DNA of 64,000 bases. Source: Rhodanobacteraceae bacterium (lineage in GTDB: Bacteria > Pseudomonadota > Gammaproteobacteria > Xanthomonadales > Rhodanobacteraceae). The translations under genes were made by a program, and so were the position numbers. This document shows positions 32,210 to 41,953 of the stretch, piece by piece (within the stretch, counting starts at the first letter, position 1; each line of letters begins with the position of its first letter). The stretch covers positions 27,990 to 91,989 of the forward strand of contig JAACZU010000013.1 of assembly GCA_009996615.1 (NCBI GenBank), given 5' to 3'. The notes beneath the pieces are model-generated. The model was not told the DNA's origin and did not search any database. It saw only the letters and a list, made by a program, of their open reading frames with translations.

Positions 32210-32452
32210 ATGAGTACGGAAAGCCGCCTGCGCTGGCGCGCCCGCCGCGGCACGCGCGAGCTCGATGCCGTGCTCGGCTGGTGGCTGGATGCGCGCTATG
32301 CGCAGGCCGACGCCACCACCCGGCAGGACTTCGAGGCGCTGCTGGACACGCCCGATCCGGACCTGTGGGACTGGCTGACCGGGCACGCGCGGCCGAGCGA
32401 TCCGCGCTTCGCCGCGCTCGTCGATGAAATCCGCGCCCACCATCGAGTTTGA
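32210..32452 (+). CDS. sdhE: FAD assembly factor SdhE
   Basis: 80 aa. RLRWRARRGTRELD...DPDLWDWL pattern of the SdhE/YgfY family. Confidence 0.85.
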   Translation: MSTESRLRWRARRGTRELDAVLGWWLDARYAQADATTRQDFEALLDTPDPDLWDWLTGHARPSDPRFAALVDEIRAHHRV

Positions 32453-32837
32453 CTACCGGCCCTCGCGCCGGGTAGGCGCCCTCGCCGCCGTGGTCGCCGC
32501 CACCGCCGCGCTGGCGCCGTGGCTGACCGGCCTGCCGTGGTCACTGTGCGCGGTGCTGTCGCTGCTCGCCGTCGTGCTCGGCGCCGTGGCGCTGCATCGC
32601 TTCCGGCATCCGCCGTTCCGCCGCATCGCGCGCCGCGACGCCGGCTGGCTTCTCGTCGACGCGGCCGGCGACGAGCACGCCGCCGAACTGAAAGCACATG
32701 CGCGCCTCGGCGCATTGATCACGCTGGATTTGCGCCTCGAGCGCGGGCCGCGCTTCCGCGCATTGCTCGCGCCCGACAACCTCGATGCCGACACGCGGCG
32801 GCGACTGGTGCTGGTACTGGCGCGCGAGCCCGTCTGA
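32424..32837 (+). CDS. YgfX/CptA-like inner-membrane protein
   Basis: Position directly after sdhE as in E. coli ygfY-ygfX. Two TM segments then a soluble tail. The start overlaps sdhE by 29 nt. Confidence 0.55.
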   Translation: MKSAPTIEFDYRPSRRVGALAAVVAATAALAPWLTGLPWSLCAVLSLLAVVLGAVALHRFRHPPFRRIARRDAGWLLVDAAGDEHAAELKAHARLGALITLDLRLERGPRFRALLAPDNLDADTRRRLVLVLAREPV

Positions 32838-32839
32838 GC

Positions 32840-32950
32840 CCTCCCCTTCAAGGGGAGGGTTGGGTGGGGATGGTGTTCGGTTTTCGCGTCATCGTCTCCG
32901 CGAAAACCGACCCGCATCCATGCGTTTTCCGCTCGCATCCCTGCGAGCGG
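32840..32950. repeat. Cluster of REP-like GC hairpins
   Basis: CCCTCCCCTTCAAGGGGAGGG followed by GTTGGGTGGGGATGG. Also CGGTTTTCGCG...CGCGAAAACCG and CCGCTCGCATCCCTGCGAGCGG. Confidence 0.6.
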
Positions 32951-33228
32951 GTGGACACCCCAACAGCGGCGCCCTCCGGGCATCCTGCCCTGAGGGTGCG
33001 TGGTCGCCGGCCGGGGTTCGCCGACGGCACATCCTGTGCCTGCGGCGAACGCGCGCGCATCGTGCGCGCGCCCCTGCGGGCTGATCCGTCCGGCGCCCAC
33101 CGCCGCTGAACGGGGCCCCGGAAAAGCAGCGCGCTCCTGCGCGCAGAAGCCGAGGCGGAAAAGCAGCGTCGCGTCGGGCATGCCGTGCTTGTCTCCTGCG
33201 GCAGGATGAGCGCCCATGCTTGGCAAGC

Positions 33229-33819
33229 TCAGGGGAGCGTGATTCCCGCCGCGCGCAACAAGCGCGCCAGCGCAATCAACGGTAGTCCGATCAGTGCGCT
33301 CGGATCGTCATTCTCTATGCGCTCGAACAGGGTGATGCCGAGGCTTTCGGCCTTAAAGCTGCCGGCGCAGTCGAGCGGCTGCTCGATCGCGACGTAACGC
33401 GCGATCTCGCCGTGTGTGAGGTCGCGGAACACCACGCGCGTGGCATCGATCGCGGCCCAGGTACGCACCGCCGCGCCGCGCGTGTCGAGCAGGCACAGCG
33501 CCGTGTGGAACGTGACGTGGCGGCCCGAGCAGGCGGCGAGCTGCGCACAGGCCGCTTCGGCCGTGCCGGGTTTGCCGAGCAGGCGGCCGTCGCACTCGGC
33601 GACCTGGTCGCTGCCGACAATGAGTGCGTCCGGGCAACGTGTGGCGACCGCCAGCGCCTTGGCCTGAGCCAGCCGCGCGGCGAGTGCCGGCGCCGTTTCA
33701 CCGGGACGCGCGGTTTCGTCCACGTCCGCGGCGATCGTGCGGAACGGCCGGCCCAGGCGCGCGAGCAGCTCGCGCCGGTAGCGCGAGGTCGAGGCGAGCA
33801 CGAGGTCGACGTCGGCCAT
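33229..33819 (-). CDS. maf: Maf-like nucleoside triphosphate pyrophosphatase (YceF-type)
   Basis: Start at MADVDLVLASTSRYRRELL. GSDQV...GKP and CAGSFKAE motifs. Confidence 0.88.
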   Translation of the reverse strand: MADVDLVLASTSRYRRELLARLGRPFRTIAADVDETARPGETAPALAARLAQAKALAVATRCPDALIVGSDQVAECDGRLLGKPGTAEAACAQLAACSGRHVTFHTALCLLDTRGAAVRTWAAIDATRVVFRDLTHGEIARYVAIEQPLDCAGSFKAESLGITLFERIENDDPSALIGLPLIALARLLRAAGITLP

Positions 33820-33821
33820 CG

Positions 33822-34289
33822 TCAGCGTGCCGGAGGCGGCGCGCCGTGCGTGACGCGGGCGTGCTCGAAGTCGGCGCGCACGTCGGCCAGCCGCGCCAAT
33901 TGCAGCTCCAGCGACGCGCGCGTCGCGGCCAGCGCGTCGCGCGCGTGGCCGAGCTCCGCCAGCGTGGCGCGGCGCGCGTTGTCCTGCAGCCACAGCCGAT
34001 GCGCGAGCAGGTCGCGCAGGGCGTCCTGCACCTGCGGCTCGGCCGCCAGCGTGGCGCGCGCCGACAGCGATTCGGACGGCGGCAGGTGCGCGGTGAGTGC
34101 CGGCAACTCGCGCAGGCGCGCGCGGCATTCGAGCAGGTCGCGCTCCAGCGCGTCGGCCAGGTCGAGGATTTCCGCGAGCAGGCGCGGCCGGCGCCGCAGC
34201 GCGGTTTCGCGCGCCCAGGCGAGCAGCACGATCGCCGCCGCGACGGCGGCACAGACGAGCAGGAGGGTCACGGTATTCTTGGCGGTCAA
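33822..34289 (-). CDS. Hypothetical membrane-anchored coiled-coil protein (non-ATG start, boundary uncertain)
   Basis: Near-saturated GC3 in this frame over about 155 codons. TM segment TLLLVCAAVAAAIVLLAW then a Leu/Arg/Ala-rich helical region. The stop lies 2 nt before the maf ATG. Candidate starts are TTG 34289 or GTG 34271. Confidence 0.45.
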   Translation of the reverse strand: MTAKNTVTLLLVCAAVAAAIVLLAWARETALRRRPRLLAEILDLADALERDLLECRARLRELPALTAHLPPSESLSARATLAAEPQVQDALRDLLAHRLWLQDNARRATLAELGHARDALAATRASLELQLARLADVRADFEHARVTHGAPPPAR

Positions 34290-34384
34290 GGCGTCGGGCG
34301 AGTGTAGCCTGCGCGCATCCCCATGCGGCAAATCGCGCGCTTGCGGTTGACAGCGGCGGGGCCGGCACCTACCATCGCGCGCCC

Positions 34385-34888
34385 ATGTCCTCAGCCCTGC
34401 CAGATCGCGTGGATGTTGCGCGCCAGGTGCAGGCGCGACGCACGTTCCAAGGTTCGCTGCCGCTCGCCACGATGCACCGCTTGCGCGGCAGCCTCGCGTC
34501 GGACGCCGGCGAGGCGCGCTATGTGCTCGAGTTCGGCAAGGACAGCCTGGGCATTTCCTGGCTCGACCTGAAGGTCGAGGCGGGATTGCCACTGGTCTGC
34601 CAGCGCACGCTCGAGACGTTCGTGCATCCGGTGTCGATCGACCAGCGCATGGGGTTGATCGCGGACGAGAGCGGGGAGGCCGCGCTGCCGCCCGGTTACG
34701 AGCCTCTGCTCGTGCCGGAGGGCGAGCTCGGCCTCGCCGACGTGATCGAGGACGAGCTGATTCTCGCGTTGCCGGTGGTGCCGCTGAAGCCCGGCGCGCC
34801 GCTGGAGTGGAAGGATCCGTCGGACGACGTGTCCGAAGTCGAGCCGACCAGCCCGTTCGCGGTGCTCGGGACGCTGAAAAAACATTGA
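34385..34888 (+). CDS. yceD: 23S rRNA accumulation protein YceD (DUF177)
   Basis: Position upstream of rpmF. VCQRTLE...[12 protein letters not shown] pattern. Confidence 0.85.
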   Translation: MSSALPDRVDVARQVQARRTFQGSLPLATMHRLRGSLASDAGEARYVLEFGKDSLGISWLDLKVEAGLPLVCQRTLETFVHPVSIDQRMGLIADESGEAALPPGYEPLLVPEGELGLADVIEDELILALPVVPLKPGAPLEWKDPSDDVSEVEPTSPFAVLGTLKKH

Positions 34889-34901
34889 ACTGGAGAGTGT
34901 C

Positions 34902-35093
34902 ATGGCAGTCGCCAAGAGCCGTAAAACCCCGTCCACCCGTGGCATGCGTCGTTCGCACGACGCGCTGACCGCCAAGCAGCTGTCGACCGATCCGACCTCG
35001 GGCGAGGTGCACGTGCGTCATCACGTGACCAAGGACGGCTACTACCGCGGCAAGAAGGTCATCGAGACCAAGCAGGTCCGCGGCGAGGGCTGA
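34902..35093 (+). CDS. rpmF: 50S ribosomal protein L32
   Basis: [22 protein letters not shown]. Confidence 0.95.
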   Translation: MAVAKSRKTPSTRGMRRSHDALTAKQLSTDPTSGEVHVRHHVTKDGYYRGKKVIETKQVRGEG

Positions 35094-35267
35094 GGCCCTG
35101 TCGCTGGCGCGATGCGCTCGTCGCATCGCGCCGCTGAAGGCCGCGGGCCGGATGTCCGCGGCATGCTCACCTGAGGCGAGCCTGGAAGGGCGTGGTCCGG
35201 TCGCGCCGCGGCATGCGGGCAGGCGAACGGGCGCGCGTCGCCCGCTTCCGCAACCATGGGAAGGGGA

Positions 35268-36245
35268 ATGACCCCGATCTATTCACGCATCGCCGGCACC
35301 GGCAGCTACCTGCCGGAGAAGATCGTCACCAACGCCGACCTCGAGAAGCTCGTCGACACCACCGACGAATGGATCGCCTCGCGCACCGGCATCCGCGAAC
35401 GGCGCATGGCCGCCGCCGGCGAGACCACTGGCGACCTCGCGTTCTACGCCGCCACGCACGCGCTCGATGCGGCCGGCATCAAGGGCTCCGATCTCGACCT
35501 GATCGTGCTCGGCACGACCACGCCGGACATCATCTTCCCGTCGACCGCCTGCCTGCTTCAGCACCGCCTCGGCGCGAACGGCTGCGCCGCGTTCGACGTC
35601 AATGCGGCCTGCTCGGGCTTCATGTACGCGCTCGGCATCGCCGACCAGTTCATCCGCAGCGGCCAGGTCAAGCGCGCGCTCGTCGTCGGCGCCGAGACGC
35701 TGACGCGCATGCTCGACTGGAGCGACCGCTCGACTTGCGTGCTGTTCGGCGACGGCGCCGGCGCGGTCGTGCTTGAGGCATCGAGCGAGCCCGGCATCAT
35801 CACGACCAAGCAGCACGCCGACGGTGCCTACAAGCACCTGCTGTACAACCCGGTCGGCGTGTCCGCCGGCTTCCAGCTCGACCAGCCGAACGCCGGCGTG
35901 CGCGTGCTGATGACCGGCAACGAGGTGTTCAAGGTCGCGGTCAAGACGCTCGACCGCATCGTCGAGGAGACGCTCGAAGCGGCCGGCATGCACGAGTCGG
36001 ACATCGACTGGCTGATCCCGCACCAGGCCAACCTGCGCATCATCGAGGCGACCGCCAAGCGTTTGAAGCTGTCGATGGACCGCGTGATCGTGACCGTCGA
36101 CCGCCACGGCAACACCTCCTCCGGCTCGGTGCCGCTCGCCCTCGACGAGGCGGTCCGCTCGGGCAAGGTGCAGCGCGGCCAGACCCTGCTGCTGGAGGCG
36201 TTCGGCGGCGGCTTCACCTGGTCGTCGGCGCTGCTGAAGTACTGA
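35268..36245 (+). CDS. fabH: 3-oxoacyl-ACP synthase III
   Basis: Start at [17 protein letters not shown] with an AAGGGGA SD. Active-site Cys in [11 protein letters not shown]. Confidence 0.93.
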   Translation: MTPIYSRIAGTGSYLPEKIVTNADLEKLVDTTDEWIASRTGIRERRMAAAGETTGDLAFYAATHALDAAGIKGSDLDLIVLGTTTPDIIFPSTACLLQHRLGANGCAAFDVNAACSGFMYALGIADQFIRSGQVKRALVVGAETLTRMLDWSDRSTCVLFGDGAGAVVLEASSEPGIITTKQHADGAYKHLLYNPVGVSAGFQLDQPNAGVRVLMTGNEVFKVAVKTLDRIVEETLEAAGMHESDIDWLIPHQANLRIIEATAKRLKLSMDRVIVTVDRHGNTSSGSVPLALDEAVRSGKVQRGQTLLLEAFGGGFTWSSALLKY

Positions 36246-36251
36246 AGCGCC

Positions 36252-36510
36252 GGGATTGGGGATTGGGGATTGGGGATTCGGCGTTTTGCGGCGTGAATCC
36301 TCGCTCGATACCCAGATGATTGCTCTTGCTCGTCATCCCGGCGAAAGCCGGGATCCAGCGTCTGGCTCTTCAGGCGCCTGAAGGCACCGGAGTCCCCCGT
36401 CTGCCGCGACGGGCCGGGGATTTCGAGGCATCCTCTTACCCGTTATGTCATCGAAGCGGATCACGATGAGCGAGCTTTTCCCCAATCCCCAATCCCCAAT
36501 CTCCAATCTC
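36252..36510. repeat. Composite heptamer-arm element between fabH and fabD
   Basis: Left arm GGGATTGGGGATTGGGGATTGGGGATTCGG (36252-36281). Internal hairpin ATCCCGGCGAAAGCCGGGAT (36335-36354). Right arm CCCCAATCCCCAATCCCCAATCTCCAATCTC (36480-36510). Confidence 0.85.
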
Positions 36511-37434
36511 GGCTTCGTGTTTCCCGGCCAAGGCTCGCAGTCGCTCGGCATGCTGGCCGAACTGGCCGCCGCGCATGCCGGCGTGCGCGAAACCTTCGCC
36601 GAGGCGTCCGAGGGCGCCGGCGTCGACCTGTGGACGCTGGCGCAGGACGGCCCGGAAGCGCAGCTCAACCGCACCGAATTCACCCAGCCGGCACTGCTCG
36701 CGGCCGGCGTGGCGGTCTGGCGCGCGTGGCTGGCGGCTGGCGGCCCGGTGCCGGCGCGGCTGGCCGGGCACAGCCTCGGCGAATACACCGCGCTGGTCGC
36801 GGCCGGCGTGCTCTCGCTGCACGATGCGGCGCGCCTCGTGCGCCTGCGCGGCCAGTTGATGCAGGACGCGGCGCCGGAAGGCGTCGGCGCGATGGCGGCC
36901 GTGCTCGGCGCAGACGATGCGCTGGTCGAGGAGGTCTGCCGCGAGGTCTCCGGCGACCACGTGGTGACGCCGGCGAACTACAACTCGCCCGGCCAGATCG
37001 TGATCGGCGGCCATGCGCAGGCGGTCGATGCGGCGCTGGCTAAGCTGTCCGAGCGCGGCGTGCGCAAGGCGGTCAAGCTCGCCGTCAGCGTGCCCTCGCA
37101 CACGCCGCTGATGCGCGGGGCGGCCAACCGGCTGGCCGAGGCGATCGAGGGTTACGCCTGGAGCCAGCCGCAGATCCCGGTCGTGCAGAATGTCGATGCG
37201 CGCGTGCACGCGGACCTCGCCGGGATCCGCGATGCGCTGGTGCGCCAGCTCTACCTGCCGGTGCGCTGGACCGAATGCGTGCAGGCGCTCGCCGCCGCCG
37301 GCGCGACGCGCATCGCCGAATGCGGTCCGGGCAAGGTGCTCGCCGGCCTGGTCAAGCGCATCGACAAGACGCTCGACGGCCGCGCGCTCGGCACGCCGGG
37401 CGACTTCGACGCCGCGCTGGCCGACTGGCGCTAG
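36445..37434 (+). CDS. fabD: Malonyl CoA-ACP transacylase
   Basis: FVFPGQGSQS and GHSLGEYTAL motifs. The only in-frame ATGs (36445, 36466) lie upstream of or inside the repeat right arm, so the start is uncertain. Confidence 0.9.
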   Translation: MSSKRITMSELFPNPQSPISNLGFVFPGQGSQSLGMLAELAAAHAGVRETFAEASEGAGVDLWTLAQDGPEAQLNRTEFTQPALLAAGVAVWRAWLAAGGPVPARLAGHSLGEYTALVAAGVLSLHDAARLVRLRGQLMQDAAPEGVGAMAAVLGADDALVEEVCREVSGDHVVTPANYNSPGQIVIGGHAQAVDAALAKLSERGVRKAVKLAVSVPSHTPLMRGAANRLAEAIEGYAWSQPQIPVVQNVDARVHADLAGIRDALVRQLYLPVRWTECVQALAAAGATRIAECGPGKVLAGLVKRIDKTLDGRALGTPGDFDAALADWR

Positions 37435-37440
37435 CGAGAC

Positions 37441-37500
37441 GAGAAAAGAGTGCGGAGGAGTGAGAAACGAGTCCGCTTTCTGCTGGTTTCCCACTTCTCT
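37441..37500. repeat. GAGAAAC-type palindromic element
   Basis: GGAGTGAGAAACGAGT (left) and GGTTTCCCACTTCTC (right). The same 16-17-mer recurs in inverted orientation at 50559-50596. Confidence 0.6.
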
Positions 37501-37587
37501 TGACTGTTTTCTGCGTTCTGCGCGCTCTACGCGCGGCGGCGCATTTCTTGTAAGGTTCGCGGCCTCGATTCACTGAAGGCGGACACG

Positions 37588-38331
37588 ATGGGCAAGATCC
37601 TGGAAGGCGAAGTCGCGCTGGTCACCGGCGCCAGCCGCGGCATCGGCGCGGCGATCGCGGACGAACTCGCCGCGCTCGGCGCGAAGGTCATCGGCACCGC
37701 GACGACCGAGTCCGGCGCGCAGGCGATCGGCGAGCGCCTCGCCGCGCACGGCGGCGTCGGCCGCGTGCTCGACGTCACCGACGGCGCCGCGGTCGAGGCC
37801 CTGATCGAGGCGATCGGCAAGGAATTCGGCGCCGTCTCGGTCCTCGTCAACAACGCCGGCATCACGCGCGACCAGCTCCTGATGCGCATGAAGGACGAGG
37901 ACTGGCAGGCGATCCTCGACACCAACCTCAGCTCGGTCTACCGCTGCTCGAAGGCGGTGCTGCGCGGCATGATGAAGGCGCGCAAGGGCCGCATCATCTC
38001 GATCGCCTCGGTGATCGGCCTGACCGGCAACCCGGGCCAGGCGAACTATGCCGCGGCGAAGGCCGGCATCATCGCGTTCTCCAAGTCGCTCGCGCGCGAG
38101 ATCGGCACGCGTGGCATCACCGTCAACGTGGTCGCGCCCGGCTTCATCGACACCGACATGACGCGCGCGCTGCCCGAGGCGCAGCGCGAGGCGCTGCTCG
38201 GCCAGATCGCGCTCGGCCGCCTCGGCGCGGCCGACGACATCGCCAAGGCGGTCGCGTTCCTCGCCTCGCCGGCGGCAGCCTACATCACCGGCGAGACCCT
38301 GCACGTCAACGGCGGCATGTACATGCCCTGA
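37588..38331 (+). CDS. fabG: 3-oxoacyl-ACP reductase
   Basis: [12 protein letters not shown] and YAAAKAG catalytic motifs. Confidence 0.95.
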   Translation: MGKILEGEVALVTGASRGIGAAIADELAALGAKVIGTATTESGAQAIGERLAAHGGVGRVLDVTDGAAVEALIEAIGKEFGAVSVLVNNAGITRDQLLMRMKDEDWQAILDTNLSSVYRCSKAVLRGMMKARKGRIISIASVIGLTGNPGQANYAAAKAGIIAFSKSLAREIGTRGITVNVVAPGFIDTDMTRALPEAQREALLGQIALGRLGAADDIAKAVAFLASPAAAYITGETLHVNGGMYMP

Positions 38332-38477
38332 GGCGGCAGCGGCCGGCGCAGGGGGCGGTTGCCCACCCCCTCGCCGCTCGCCCCCGGCTTCATCTACAAT
38401 GGGCGGGTTTGCAGGGGGCGCGGTACCCGTGCGGTCCCGCGAGCAAGCAAGAATTCCGATTGGAGGTAATCAAACAC

Positions 38478-38717
38478 ATGAGCACTATCGAAGAGCGCGT
38501 CAAGAAGATCGTTGTCGAGCAGCTGGGCGTGAAGGAAGACGAGGTCACGCCAACCGCGTCGTTCGTCGACGACCTGGGCGCCGATTCGCTGGATACCGTC
38601 GAGCTGGTAATGGCGCTCGAGGAAGAGTTCGAGTGCGAAATCCCGGACGAGGAAGCCGAGAAGATCACGACGGTGCAGCAGGCCATCGACTACGTGAAGG
38701 CCCACGTCAAGGCCTGA
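38478..38717 (+). CDS. acpP: Acyl carrier protein
   Basis: Start at [12 protein letters not shown] with a GGAGG SD. Phosphopantetheine site [11 protein letters not shown]. Confidence 0.97.
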   Translation: MSTIEERVKKIVVEQLGVKEDEVTPTASFVDDLGADSLDTVELVMALEEEFECEIPDEEAEKITTVQQAIDYVKAHVKA

Positions 38718-38743
38718 TTCCGGCCGGACAAGCGTCAAGCGAT

Positions 38744-38772
38744 GCTGCGCCTTCGGGCGCAGCTTTCGTTTT
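38744..38772 (+). terminator. Hairpin plus T-run between acpP and fabF (attenuating terminator)
   Basis: GCTGCGCC TTCG GGCGCAGC followed by TTTCGTTTT. Confidence 0.6.
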
Positions 38773-38867
38773 GGCCCCGCGCAACACACGCCCGCGTATG
38801 TGATCGCCATGTGCGGGCGGCGGGGTCGCCCCATCCTCGAGCGATCTGAATTGCACAGGTAATCCGT

Positions 38868-40106
<1,239 letters not shown>

Positions 40107-40140
40107 ACCGGCCGCGTCGGCACCTGGCGTGCCGTCTCAA

Positions 40141-40421
40141 GGAAAAGCGAAGCTGGACACGGATCGACGCGGAAAGACGCGGATAAAGCATTTCGGTGTG
40201 TTGATCCACGTCAGCCGCTTGAAGCCCCTCTCCCTCCGGGAGAGGGGTTGGGGAGAGGGTTCGGGCGAAGCACGACGCGCAACTCTTGCGTATGCCCCAA
40301 CCCTCTACGTCGCCCGAACCCTCATCCGGCCCTTCGGGCCACCTTCTCCCGAAGGGAGAAGGAAAAGGCCCGCGAGATCCAATCCGTGTCCATCCGCGTT
40401 GATCCGCGTCCAGGCGTTTCC
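40141..40421. repeat. Composite REP/MITE-like element with GATCCGCG-type inverted ends and internal CCCTCTCC hairpins
   Basis: Ends GGACACGGATCGACGCGGA (left) and TCCGCGTTGATCCGCGTCC (right) are inverted. Internal CCCCTCTCCCTCCGGGAGAGGGG followed by TTGGGGAGAGGGTTCGGGCGA, with its inverted copy TCGCCCGAACCCTC. Confidence 0.7.
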
Positions 40422-40441
40422 TGCTTGATCCGAGCGCGTCG

Positions 40442-41797
40442 ATGATCCACCACGTCAGCCGCGAAATCGCCGGCATCCGCGACCTGCTGCCGCTCGCCGC
40501 CGCGCAGCCGCAGCGTTATCCGGGCCTGCTCGAGAGCGTCGCGCGCGGCAACGCGCGCGCGCGCCACGACATCCTGTTCGCGTTTCCGGAGGATGTGCTG
40601 CGGCTGGACGCCGACGGCGTGCGCGATGCGCACGGCCGGCCGGCCGGCGCGCGTTTCCTCGAGGCGCTCGACGCGCACTGGCAGGCCGCGCGCCTGCCGC
40701 GCGGCGACGCGCTCGAACTGCCGTTCCGCGGCGGCTGGCTGCTGTACCTGGGCTACGAACTCGCCGCCGAGGTCGAGCCGAGCCTGCGCCTGCCGGCGCC
40801 GCGCACGCCATTGCCGACCGCGCTCGCGCTGCGCTGTCCGGCCGCGATCATCGTCGACCACGAGCGCGGCTCGACCTGGCTGGTCGCCGAGCCCGGCCGC
40901 GCGGAGCTGCTCGATCGGCTGCAGGCCGATCTCGATGCGCCCGCCGCCGCGGTCGAGGCCGCGCCGCTGGCGGCCGCGCTCGACGAGGACGCACCGCAGG
41001 CATTCCTCGATGGCGTCGCGCGCGTGCACGAGCACCTGCGCGCCGGCGACGTGTTCCAGGTCAACCTGTCGCGCGAATGGCGCGCGCGCTGCGCGCCGGC
41101 GCCGCCGCCGGCCGCGTTGTACGCCGCATTGCGGCGCGCGAACCCGGCGCCGTTCGCGGCGCTGCTGCAGGCCGAGGAGTGGGCCATCGCCAGTTCCTCG
41201 CCCGAGCGCCTGATCGAGATCCGCGGCGACATCGCGCAGACGCGGCCGATCGCCGGCACGCGCCCGCGCGCGAGCGGCGAGGCCGACGCGGCGAACCTGC
41301 GCGAGCTGGTCGGCCATCCAAAGGAGCGCGCCGAGCACGTCATGCTGATCGATCTCGAACGCAACGACCTCGGCCGCATCTGCGTGCCGGGCAGCGTCGT
41401 CGTCGACGAGGTCATGGTGGTCGAAAGCTACGCGCACGTGCACCACATCGTCTCCAACGTGCGCGGCCGCCTGCAGGGCGGCGTCACGCCGGGCGAGGCG
41501 ATCCGCGCGGTATTCCCGGGCGGCACGATTACCGGCTGCCCGAAGGTGCGCTGCATGCAGATCATCGCCGCGCTCGAGCAGGTCGGCCGCGGCGCCTACA
41601 CCGGCTCGCTCGGCTACCTCAACCGCGACGGTGACCTCGACCTCAACATCCTGATCCGCACGCTGACCCTGCACGGCGACACCGTCAGCCTGCGCGCCGG
41701 CGCCGGCATCGTGGTCGACTCGATCGCCGAGCGCGAGCTCGACGAAACGCGCGCGAAGGCGCGCGGCATGCTGAGAGCGTTGGGGGCTGGGGATTAG
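40442..41797 (+). CDS. pabB: Aminodeoxychorismate synthase component I
   Basis: Chorismate-binding C-terminal motifs PGGTITGCPK and GAYTGSLGY. 451 aa. Confidence 0.85.
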   Translation: MIHHVSREIAGIRDLLPLAAAQPQRYPGLLESVARGNARARHDILFAFPEDVLRLDADGVRDAHGRPAGARFLEALDAHWQAARLPRGDALELPFRGGWLLYLGYELAAEVEPSLRLPAPRTPLPTALALRCPAAIIVDHERGSTWLVAEPGRAELLDRLQADLDAPAAAVEAAPLAAALDEDAPQAFLDGVARVHEHLRAGDVFQVNLSREWRARCAPAPPPAALYAALRRANPAPFAALLQAEEWAIASSSPERLIEIRGDIAQTRPIAGTRPRASGEADAANLRELVGHPKERAEHVMLIDLERNDLGRICVPGSVVVDEVMVVESYAHVHHIVSNVRGRLQGGVTPGEAIRAVFPGGTITGCPKVRCMQIIAALEQVGRGAYTGSLGYLNRDGDLDLNILIRTLTLHGDTVSLRAGAGIVVDSIAERELDETRAKARGMLRALGAGD

Positions 41798-41929
41798 GGT
41801 TGGGGGCTGGGGCGCGAAGACTGGCGACCGGACCAAGCTGGCAGCGGTGCTATAAGTGCCGTGCACAGCAAGTCCTGAAACGGCGCGCGGTTGTCGAGCC
41901 CCAACGCCCAGCCCCTAGCCCCTAACCCC
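41782..41929. repeat. Variant heptamer-arm element (GGGGCTR/GGGATTA type)
   Basis: Left arm GGGGGCTGGGGATTAGGGTTGGGGGCTGGGG (41782-41812). Right arm CCCCAACGCCCAGCCCCTAGCCCCTAACCCC (41899-41929). Confidence 0.8.
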
Positions 41930-41953
41930 TGGCTGCGGTTACGCTGGCACGCT

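Noticed and set aside
35104-35131. Hairpin GGCGCGATGCG...CGCATCGCGCC after rpmF as a terminator.
   Set aside because: No T-run follows, and fabH is expected to be co-transcribed. It is not called as a terminator.
41782-41812. Telomere-like TTAGGG within the GGGGATTAGGGTTGGGGG arm.
   Set aside because: It is a single occurrence embedded in a heptamer arm inside a chromosome-internal operon. It is a coincidental substring, not a telomeric tract.
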